NCBI GenBank assembly: GCA_017456285.1
Contig: JAFTJQ010000069.1
Coordinates: forward strand, 3,380-67,379
DNA length: 64,000 bases
Source: Lentisphaeria bacterium
GTDB lineage: Bacteria; Verrucomicrobiota; Lentisphaeria; Victivallales; Victivallaceae
Reading direction: 5' to 3'
Notes under the pieces: model-generated
Database searches by the model: none
The model's input: only the letters and a program-made list of their open reading frames with translations
What the model was told of the DNA's origin: nothing
Position numbers and translations under genes: made by a program
Shown here: one piece after another, positions 18,201-25,781 of the stretch
Numbering within the stretch: position 1 is the stretch's first letter
Layout of the letters: the number at the start of each line of letters is the position of its first letter

Positions 18201-21200
18201 TTAGTTTACCTGATAAACTCCGATAGATTCAATATCAACTACGCCTGCAACAGTTCCAGAACCATCGCCGAAATTAAATCCGTATTGTTTACCTGCAACC
18301 TTTAAGATTTGTTCGCCAATCATTTTTCCGTTTACCCAGAAAATATTTTTGCCGTCTGCCGCATTGAAATACCATGCAACATCTAACGGAACACCAACTT
18401 TTATGACGGAATTTCTAAATGAACCGTATCCGGCTAAAATAATTCTACCCGGTGCAAAGAAGAGCGAACTTGAACTAACTGCATCTGCTCCTGCATTCAA
18501 ATTTAAATGAAAAATATTTCCATCTGCCCCATTCGGTTCGACCAAGGTAATTTTAGCTTTTACCAAAAGCGGTTTATTGCTTTTCAAAACTGTGTCAGCA
18601 CCAATCATAGAGAGCATGCTATACACACTCTTATTATCCGCACCGTTATTAATTCGGAGTTTTCCGTCGGACATGGTCAAATTTCCGCTGGGATAATTAC
18701 TGCTGAATTTTGAACCGCCGATAAGACCCTCACTTGCATTATAAGTGATAATAGGACTTAAATTTTCAGGCACTTTCGGTTCAACGTAAGTAAGTTTCTT
18801 TTTTGCCGCCTCAACCTTGTCCGCAGGTGCAAACATGCGGACTTTCAGTGACTTGACTGCATCTTTATTGCCATTAAAAACTACGATTCCTGAATTGCGG
18901 ATAATATTGTTAGTTACCTCATTCAGCTTACGCATTTCAGCACTGTCACGCAACTGCATAGAGACATTTTGAATCGGAATTTCCACAAAAACATCGCCGA
19001 CAAAAACAGTTGCTTTAGCAGTATCATCCATTTCGACTCGAATGGTAACTTTTTCACTCGGTTTCAAGGACATCGGCGGCGCGTCATTAAACTCAATACC
19101 GTTATCTTTGACCTTGAAATTACACATAAGTCCGCCGTTTGAAACGTAAACATCGGAAGTCCCCTTGCGATTGTCAAGTTCAAGTTCGGCTGAATAACTG
19201 TAGTTGTAATAAGCATAAATTCCGGCACAAACTTGAGTTTCACCTGCTTTAGTCACAAAATCCCACGGCTCTGCCTTTCTGGGTGTCGGCGGAGGTCCTA
19301 AACGCAAATCAACTGCGAAATCTTTGAGATTTGCATCCCCTGCAGGACGATTAACAGTCAAGTTCTTCCAATACGAAGCACCTTTGCCATTATCGCTCAA
19401 TGAACCGACAATCAAACTGCAATTTGAAGCATAAGGAACACTGATGATAACTCCGTTCAAACGAGTTTTAGCATCAGCTGACGAACTCATTTTGCCTGAA
19501 ATAATTGCTTTGCCATTGCAATAGACAGTGATTTTATTTTTATCCGCTTTGACCTGATATTTTTTGAATGATGTTGTGTCAAAAGGTACGCTTTTGCCGC
19601 AATAAGCCAAACCGACTTTGTTATTGCCGAAAGTAATCATTTCAGTTTTACCTGCAAATGTAACTCGAATCATTGCCGCTTCAGGAGCATCGGTATTTTC
19701 TGCTTTCAATTCAAATGACAAATCCGCATACTCATCGAATGAACCCAAAGGATAAACCAAATTGCTGTAACCAGTCCCATTGTCAAAAATTCTGTAACTA
19801 TTATCAACAATTTTCTCAACTTCACTATTATTGCGATTACCTGCGAAAATTCTTCGCCACGGGAATTGGTTATTGCCTTTTTTCAGGGCATCGCCTTTCA
19901 TAATTACTTGCGGAACTTTTTTATTAGAACTATTTTTGTTACGGAAAGTTACAGTATTTAAGCCCGGCTTGAATGCACTGTCAGACACTTCGTAACTGTG
20001 AGTATCGCCCATGCTGGCAATGTGCTTCAAAACAACACCATTTACCTTTACTTCCACGCTATTCGGCAAAGCATCTGCAAGCAAGGTTGCCACGGCATGA
20101 ACCTCTTTGCCTTCAGCACGAAGTTTCGTAAGGTCATCGCCGAATTCCAACTTAAAGTTGCGGCTTTTTCCCGGAGGCAAAATTTTCGGAGTTACAGGGC
20201 TTAATTCCGGAAGTTCATTGTATTTTTCGCCGGTCGCCAAATTGTGCGACGGTCTCCAATGTACCATACCAGATACATGGTAACGCTTGTCATAATTTTT
20301 TAATGCTTCGAAACTTTCCGGCACCACGGCTTTGATACTCGGCTCTTCAAAGACGTTAAAGAAAAAGAGTCCGTCCATGCCTGCTGCCAAAGCCGCCGCT
20401 TCACGGGCAAAATAACTTCTTTTGTCATGGCGATACAAGCGTGGCAGACTGACGAAGCAAGGCATTGAAATTGAGGGATAGCATTTTACACCGTACTTGT
20501 GACACAACTTTACACTCTTGCCCCAATATTGCAAGTGATGATTATCTGCTGCAATTACGATGTCAAAAACACCCTCTTTCATCAAATTTTCCCAATCAAA
20601 ACCGACTGCACGACTATAGCCGACGGAATCAGGAACTCGGATTGCAAAAAGAATCGGTTTCTGTCTTTCACGACCGATTTTCTCGGTTTCACGGCGAATT
20701 TTGCGAAGCATGTCGCTGAACATTTCACGCTCGCTGTCGCTTGCTTCCGCACCCCAGCCGACTGATTTGAAAAGCCCCAGCCAGCGATAGAGGTCGACAT
20801 AGACTGCATCGACTTCATAATTTCTGGCGACATCAATCACGATATTCGCAAATTTATCACGAATTTCCTTGTGGGTGAAATCCCATGATGACCAAGTTGC
20901 ATGCGGCGGTTGTTTTTCATAAGACCCGATAAGCAAATGTGGATTTTTGCGTTTTGATTCAGGGAATCCCGGCCAAGGTTTAGTCGGAGTATCTCCTGCA
21001 TCGTGAGTATCATTAATACGGAATCCTGCCCAAAATTCGATATTGTGCTTTTTGCAGTATTCCAATTGAAGTTTCAGGGGGTCTGTACCCATTTTCAGGA
21101 GTTCCTGAAGAATATTTTTCATCCCCGGCTTTGCATAAGCCCAGGTAATCCCGTCTTTGGTCGGAACAAAAAGTTGGTCAAAAGAACCGTAAGTAACACT

Positions 21201-21446
21201 GAAAACAATAGTATCAACCGGATATTTGTGCATAAAAGAGGTGCGAAGCGCTAACTGTTTTTGTGGATTGACAGTTTCATTCATCGGAATTGAACCACTG
21301 AAATCATCGCCGTCATTATCGACAATAATTTTGCGTTGACGCTCAAGAGCCGCCTTTTTCATTGCAGCCCATTCGCTGTCGGATAACTCTGCCCCCTGCA
21401 CGCAAACAAAAGCGGCAAAAAGCAACAACATTAAACTTTTTTTCAT
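18201..21446 (-). CDS. large secreted protein: N-terminal GH-like (TIM-barrel-like?) catalytic region plus C-terminal jelly-roll/LamG-like repeats; paralogue of 25782..28577
   Basis: Signal peptide MKKSLMLLLFAAFVCVQG. Blocks shared with the 931-aa paralogue include RINDTHD/RFNDTHD, FKSVGWGAEA/LKTVGWGAHA and PILFAIRVPDSVGYSRAVGFD/PVLVAIRVPDSIGYCRAIGID, plus the FGDGSG tail. The second ATG (21446) has better SD spacing (aaaggatgattATG) than the ATG at 21452. Confidence 0.6.
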   Translation of the reverse strand: MKKSLMLLLFAAFVCVQGAELSDSEWAAMKKAALERQRKIIVDNDGDDFSGSIPMNETVNPQKQLALRTSFMHKYPVDTIVFSVTYGSFDQLFVPTKDGITWAYAKPGMKNILQELLKMGTDPLKLQLEYCKKHNIEFWAGFRINDTHDAGDTPTKPWPGFPESKRKNPHLLIGSYEKQPPHATWSSWDFTHKEIRDKFANIVIDVARNYEVDAVYVDLYRWLGLFKSVGWGAEASDSEREMFSDMLRKIRRETEKIGRERQKPILFAIRVPDSVGYSRAVGFDWENLMKEGVFDIVIAADNHHLQYWGKSVKLCHKYGVKCYPSISMPCFVSLPRLYRHDKRSYFAREAAALAAGMDGLFFFNVFEEPSIKAVVPESFEALKNYDKRYHVSGMVHWRPSHNLATGEKYNELPELSPVTPKILPPGKSRNFKLEFGDDLTKLRAEGKEVHAVATLLADALPNSVEVKVNGVVLKHIASMGDTHSYEVSDSAFKPGLNTVTFRNKNSSNKKVPQVIMKGDALKKGNNQFPWRRIFAGNRNNSEVEKIVDNSYRIFDNGTGYSNLVYPLGSFDEYADLSFELKAENTDAPEAAMIRVTFAGKTEMITFGNNKVGLAYCGKSVPFDTTSFKKYQVKADKNKITVYCNGKAIISGKMSSSADAKTRLNGVIISVPYASNCSLIVGSLSDNGKGASYWKNLTVNRPAGDANLKDFAVDLRLGPPPTPRKAEPWDFVTKAGETQVCAGIYAYYNYSYSAELELDNRKGTSDVYVSNGGLMCNFKVKDNGIEFNDAPPMSLKPSEKVTIRVEMDDTAKATVFVGDVFVEIPIQNVSMQLRDSAEMRKLNEVTNNIIRNSGIVVFNGNKDAVKSLKVRMFAPADKVEAAKKKLTYVEPKVPENLSPIITYNASEGLIGGSKFSSNYPSGNLTMSDGKLRINNGADNKSVYSMLSMIGADTVLKSNKPLLVKAKITLVEPNGADGNIFHLNLNAGADAVSSSSLFFAPGRIILAGYGSFRNSVIKVGVPLDVAWYFNAADGKNIFWVNGKMIGEQILKVAGKQYGFNFGDGSGTVAGVVDIESIGVYQVN

Positions 21447-21496
21447 AATCATCCTTTCTGTTGGGTAATTTTTTTGAAATCGAAGTTACTGTAGAT

Positions 21497-21525
21497 ATTA
21501 TAGCACACCTTTCTAAAAAAAGCAA
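21497..21525 (-). promoter_or_regulatory. candidate sigma70-type promoter of the 1083-aa gene
   Basis: Sense strand TTGCTT-N17-TATAAT. Confidence 0.45.
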
Positions 21526-21573
21526 CTTTTTTACTGTATAAAAAATCAAAAAAAAGTGTGAGTTTTTTGAAAA

Positions 21574-21608
21574 TAAAAAATTCCTCCGAAAATTTATTCA
21601 GGAGGAAT
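21574..21608 (-). terminator. rho-independent terminator of pseudopilin gene P1
   Basis: Sense strand ATTCCTCC-N13-GGAGGAAT followed by a T-run. Confidence 0.65.
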
Positions 21609-21632
21609 TCAAATAATCAACAAATTACCAAA

Positions 21633-22400
21633 CTATAATTTATGATAATAAAACGGATAATTTTTGTTGTAATCAGCTTTATCCTTAACTAAATCAGCCG
21701 CATTTTTTTCGCCTGAAGTTTTCGGAGGCTCAACTGCTGCGGCACTGCCGTCAATAAAACACATATTGATTTTGCCGCCGTGACGGGCAGCCATACCATT
21801 ATTCCAACCGCTGATACAGACAGATGCACCCTGATTGCCGTGAGTTGTCGGATTGAAAGTTGAATCATGAGCGTAAAATACATCACTTGCTGACTTAACA
21901 TTTTTAGCATTGATGTACTGTTCAGGTTTAGCACCTGACCACTCTGCACCGTTTACTCCGGTATAACTAACAACTCCCTGAACCCACGGAACACGATTTT
22001 CCGCCCAAGCATGGCCGTCGCAAATGGTTACACCGTAACCGTAGAGCAAAGCGATATCAGTAGCAGATGAAATCAAGGAAGTTGAGGGGCAATATGCCTC
22101 TTTTGCCGCCTTTGCATAGCTGATATACTTCAAGTAACGCAATTGAGAGTTCCAACCTGTGACAGAAGCGCCGATGTCAGGAACCCAAGTTTTGAGCGGA
22201 TGAAGCACCCACATACCATTATTATCATCAGCATACATCGCACCTGCCAAAGCCATCTGCTTTAAGTTGCTGACACATGAGATTGCACGGGCTTTTTCAC
22301 GAGCTTTATTGAGGGCGGGAAGCAACATTCCTGCGAGAATCGCAATGATTGCAATAACCACCAACAATTCAATTAATGTGAATTTTAATAATTTTTTCAT
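21633..22400 (-). CDS. prepilin-type N-terminal domain / H-X9-DG (DUF1559-like) pseudopilin-like protein P1
   Basis: [43 protein letters not shown]-terminal [13 protein letters not shown] has exactly 9 residues between H and DG. Confidence 0.85.
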   Translation of the reverse strand: MKKLLKFTLIELLVVIAIIAILAGMLLPALNKAREKARAISCVSNLKQMALAGAMYADDNNGMWVLHPLKTWVPDIGASVTGWNSQLRYLKYISYAKAAKEAYCPSTSLISSATDIALLYGYGVTICDGHAWAENRVPWVQGVVSYTGVNGAEWSGAKPEQYINAKNVKSASDVFYAHDSTFNPTTHGNQGASVCISGWNNGMAARHGGKINMCFIDGSAAAVEPPKTSGEKNAADLVKDKADYNKNYPFYYHKL

Positions 22401-22489
22401 TTTTGTTCTCCTTTTATTAATCTTTTTTTTACTTTTATCAGCAGAAAAAAATAATTTTGCCGATAATTTTACAAATAATTATTTTAATA

Positions 22490-22523
22490 TTTCACCGAAA
22501 TTGAAGTAACGGTTGTCACTGCA
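22490..22523 (-). promoter_or_regulatory. conserved leader stem-loop plus GTGAAA element, copy 1 (upstream of P1)
   Basis: Sense strand tgcagtgac-AACC-gttacttca-atttcg-GTGAAA. Lies 29 nt downstream of the -10 box and 89 nt upstream of the ATG. Confidence 0.5.
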
Positions 22524-22552
22524 AACGAGGAAATAAAAAATAACTTATCTAT

Positions 22553-22580
22553 ATTATAGTATATTTTTAGAAAATGTCAA
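22553..22580 (-). promoter_or_regulatory. near-consensus sigma70 promoter of P1
   Basis: Sense strand ctaTTGACAttt-(N16 spacer)-TATAAT. Confidence 0.55.
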
Positions 22581-22684
22581 TAGTTTTTAATTAAAAATTT
22601 TGTATTTTTTTTGTAATTTCAATTGATTTTTTGCCGAATTAAACTAATATTTATAATAGTTTAATATAACAACAAGGAGTATCT

Positions 22685-23296
22685 ATGCAAAAAATAATAA
22701 TTTTTACTACCGCCGTTTTGAATAATACCAACCGAACCTCTAATCAATTTATTGAACTTATCAAAGATTTTTGGCAAAATTATCAAGGGAAAATTTTCCA
22801 TTTCGGCAAAATACTTTTGATAATACTGCTCATTATCCTATCAGCAATCATCATCTCAAAAATTCTCAAAAAAATTATGCTTAAACCCAATCTCAAAATA
22901 CCGATAATTGATGCAACTATTCAAAAAATTTTGTATAATCTCGCCCGAAGTTCAATATGGTTTGTGAGCTTATTGATAACTTTGAAGCTAATAGGCGTCA
23001 ATAGTGCAAGCATTCTGACAATTGTCGGTGCTGCGACATTGACAATCGGATTAGCATTAAAAGACACCATGAGCAATATGGCTTCCGGGCTGCTGCTATT
23101 AATTCTACGACCCTACAAAGTTAATGATCATGTTGACTGCGGAACAATCAGCGGCACAATCAAAGAAATCGGCTTATGTACTACAATTTTAAGCGGAGAT
23201 GATTCGAGTTTCATCAGCGTTCCAAATTCTATGATTTTCAGCCGTCCGATTGTTAATCACAGTCGCAAAATTACGGATGAAGAAAACTTAATTTGA
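22685..23296 (+). CDS. small MscS-family mechanosensitive channel
   Basis: GAATLTIGLALKDTMSNMASGLLLLILRPYKVNDHVDCGTISGTIKEIGLCTT matches the pore helix TM3 plus beta-domain signature. At 203 aa it is short for the family. Confidence 0.65.
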   Translation: MQKIIIFTTAVLNNTNRTSNQFIELIKDFWQNYQGKIFHFGKILLIILLIILSAIIISKILKKIMLKPNLKIPIIDATIQKILYNLARSSIWFVSLLITLKLIGVNSASILTIVGAATLTIGLALKDTMSNMASGLLLLILRPYKVNDHVDCGTISGTIKEIGLCTTILSGDDSSFISVPNSMIFSRPIVNHSRKITDEENLI

Positions 23297-23302
23297 GCAG
23301 TA

Positions 23303-25426
23303 TTATTCTACCGGAGTAATCGGATCGCGAAGTAATTTTCGATTACATCCCAAGGTGCTTTCACTCCAGTACAATTTCTGAGTCAATGCCAGATGCTCAC
23401 GCTCAATTTCTTCATAATTAAATTCATCACTCCAAAGCATTTTCAAATTAAAAAGATGCTCGCCAAGTTCCGTTACATGGTAAAAGTGTTCCCCCTCAAC
23501 GACAAAAGGCTGGTGATAAAAATATAATGTAGAGCGAACCAATGTTACTCCGATTGTACCATTTTCATCAACATCAACCGAGGTAAAATTACCCATAATC
23601 GTAAAAGTTCTGCCCTCTGCATTTGATACTGACACAAAATTTCTAACCGGATACTCTTCCCCATTAAAAGGACGCTCCAACACTCCGCCTGAAATGCCGT
23701 CCTGACGTTTGACCGCTTTGAAGTTTTCGGGGAGTTTAAACTCGATTTTAACAAGTTTCTGCTCCGCAGTCAATAATAGCTGCATAGAGAGTTCCTGCAT
23801 GGCTTTATCGGCAAATTTACGCACTCTGCACTTCAAAGAACCAGATTCAGCCGCTCGATAAAAGTCAACTTTTTCACTGAAAAGATTTCCGACATTGCCA
23901 TTTTGAGTGTGGTAAAGCGAAAACTTATCGGCATTAACTCTGGCAAATGAATTGACATCATGCGTCCAAGTGTCGCTTTTATCCTCATAAGCAACAACCT
24001 GATATGTTACGCCATTAAAATCATTTTTCGGTACTTCAACTGCTTGAGGAAGTTTATTTGCCGGCTCAACTGCACGAATTTTCAGTACTTTCCGAGAGTG
24101 CTTCGGCACAGTCAAATCCAAAGCAAAACGCCACCACGGCGAAGCAGATTCATTCAAAATTTTCTGCTTCGGAATAACTCTCCCTGCCTCATCAATAAAC
24201 TCATAATCCGCCTCTTTCTGATTCATATAGGTTACATACCCCAGCCACGGTTCACACTCGAAAATACCGTTGTAATCCAAATTGCCGGGATTATCCAAAA
24301 TTAATCGCTGCAATTCATCAGGGGCAATTTCTTTATCGTTTTTGAGGCGAATTGCATCGTCGATTAAATCTCGTGCAAAACTTCTTGCCATACCCAAATC
24401 ATCATAAATATCCTCATAAGCCACTCTCGATGATGTCCCCGGCAGAATATCATGGAAAGTTGCAAATAAAACCTTTTTCCAAGCTTTTTCCAATTGATTT
24501 TCAGTATCAACGGGGAAAAATTGAGGTTCTTTTTTGTACATTGATCCAGCGTCAACCAAAAGTGTTTCAGCGTTTTTCAGTTCTTTTTTGATTCTTGAGA
24601 CGGCAGAGTAACAGCCGATTGCATGGTGCTGAAGTTCGCCCTTGTAAATCGGAAGTTCCGCATCTCGAACCGCCGCAAAAAATTCATCGGGAGTGCTGAA
24701 ACAAATCTCTACCCCGGGAACGCAATCAGGATGTTCAAGCAAATACTCAATCTCACCTCGAGTCGGGCCGCCGCCGTGATTACCCAAACCGACAAAACAC
24801 ATCGCATGACCGACCGCTTTAGCACTATCAGAGAGCGAGTGTTCAATATTGCTGCGAATGTATTCTTTGTAAGCCACTCCGGCGGTTGTATAACCTCGAT
24901 GAATTCTGAAACTCAAAAGGTCTGCCCCCTGATCGGTCTGCCAATGAAAAATCTGTGAAGGCAAATCGGCTTTTTCAATTCGATTCGGGCGGTGAAAAAC
25001 ATAGTTCTCAATGCCGACTGCATTGTAAAAATCAGGCAAAGTCGCCATGTGCCCGAAACTGTCAACATTATAACCGGTTTTAACTCTGAAGCCGAAACGG
25101 CTTTCAAAATATTTTTGACCGATTTCACCGTGTTTCAAAATAGTTTCAGCGGCAGGGAGATTGCAATCAGGCTGAATATAAAATCCGCCGACTACACTCC
25201 AGCGACCATTCTCAACGTGTTTGCAAATTCTTTTGAATACATCAGGAGCGAGTTTTTCCACTACTTCATAAAACCAAGACTCTCCTCGGGTAATTTTAAT
25301 TTCAGGATAATCATCCAAGCAGTCACAAGCGGTTCTGGCAGTTGCGATGACCTCATCCACGCCCTGACTTTTTCGCCAACCCCAAACCGGGTCTAAATGG
25401 GAATTTAAAATAATGTGTACTTTCAT
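23303..25426 (-). CDS. glycoside hydrolase family 38 (alpha-mannosidase-like), cytoplasmic
   Basis: VHIILNSHLDPVWGW N-terminus and GGFYIQPDCNLPAAETILKHGEIGQKYF..GYNVDSFGH block typical of GH38. Confidence 0.75.
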   Translation of the reverse strand: MKVHIILNSHLDPVWGWRKSQGVDEVIATARTACDCLDDYPEIKITRGESWFYEVVEKLAPDVFKRICKHVENGRWSVVGGFYIQPDCNLPAAETILKHGEIGQKYFESRFGFRVKTGYNVDSFGHMATLPDFYNAVGIENYVFHRPNRIEKADLPSQIFHWQTDQGADLLSFRIHRGYTTAGVAYKEYIRSNIEHSLSDSAKAVGHAMCFVGLGNHGGGPTRGEIEYLLEHPDCVPGVEICFSTPDEFFAAVRDAELPIYKGELQHHAIGCYSAVSRIKKELKNAETLLVDAGSMYKKEPQFFPVDTENQLEKAWKKVLFATFHDILPGTSSRVAYEDIYDDLGMARSFARDLIDDAIRLKNDKEIAPDELQRLILDNPGNLDYNGIFECEPWLGYVTYMNQKEADYEFIDEAGRVIPKQKILNESASPWWRFALDLTVPKHSRKVLKIRAVEPANKLPQAVEVPKNDFNGVTYQVVAYEDKSDTWTHDVNSFARVNADKFSLYHTQNGNVGNLFSEKVDFYRAAESGSLKCRVRKFADKAMQELSMQLLLTAEQKLVKIEFKLPENFKAVKRQDGISGGVLERPFNGEEYPVRNFVSVSNAEGRTFTIMGNFTSVDVDENGTIGVTLVRSTLYFYHQPFVVEGEHFYHVTELGEHLFNLKMLWSDEFNYEEIEREHLALTQKLYWSESTLGCNRKLLRDPITPVE

Positions 25427-25478
25427 TTTCTCTCCTTAACTTGCAAACAAAAGTGAATAATTTATTCGTCATACTTAT

Positions 25479-25507
25479 AATATACATCCTGCAAACAATT
25501 TTTTCAA
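25479..25507 (-). promoter_or_regulatory. candidate sigma70-type promoter of the GH38 gene
   Basis: Sense strand TTGAAA-N17-TATATT. Confidence 0.4.
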
Positions 25508-25511
25508 GATA

Positions 25512-25545
25512 ATTTACCTGGAAATTAGTATATTTACCTGCAAAT
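25512..25545. promoter_or_regulatory. tandem direct repeat (operator-like) abutting the -35 box of the GH38 promoter
   Basis: ATTTACCTGGAAAT (25512-25525) and ATTTACCTGCAAAT (25532-25545). 13 of 14 positions identical, period exactly 20 bp. Confidence 0.35.
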
Positions 25546-25627
25546 GTATGAAGGCTTAAAGGCAGAATATTAAAAATTAAATGAAAAAAGTTGTTGCCTT
25601 CGTCCATGAATATGGATAAAAATTTTG

Positions 25628-25716
25628 AGATGTGAAAATTTGAAAAATTTTCGCATCTCTTTTGGTCAAGGTCGCTGACCTTGCGTGGGGGTGTGGGGAC
25701 GGCGTTAGTCCCCACA
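25628..25716. repeat. inverted-repeat arm A (three-hairpin intergenic element)
   Basis: The reverse complement of 28728-28809 aligns through the blocks gatgtgaaaattt, ttttcgcatctct, ccttgcgtggg and gtccccaca. Internal hairpins: gagatgtgaaaat/attttcgcatctc, caaggtc/gaccttg, tgtggggac/gtccccaca. Confidence 0.7.
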
Positions 25717-25781
25717 GAAAAAACAACAGCGACCAACGCACTTATGACCATTCAACGGGAACGCCATGTATCCCCCCAAAA

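Noticed and set aside
22267-22509. ORFs 22267-22509 and 51586-51807, which encode similar peptides (..[28 protein letters not shown]..)
   Set aside because: They are antisense translations of the conserved pseudopilin N-terminal coding repeat. The similarity is a by-product of the DNA repeat, not evidence for genes.
22685-23296. The MscS-like gene as a truncated pseudogene (only 203 aa, TGA stop 6 nt from the convergent GH38 gene)
   Set aside because: The pore helix and beta-domain are intact. Reading through the TGA adds only 15 codons with no MscS-like sequence. Short MscS paralogues exist, so there is no positive evidence of truncation.
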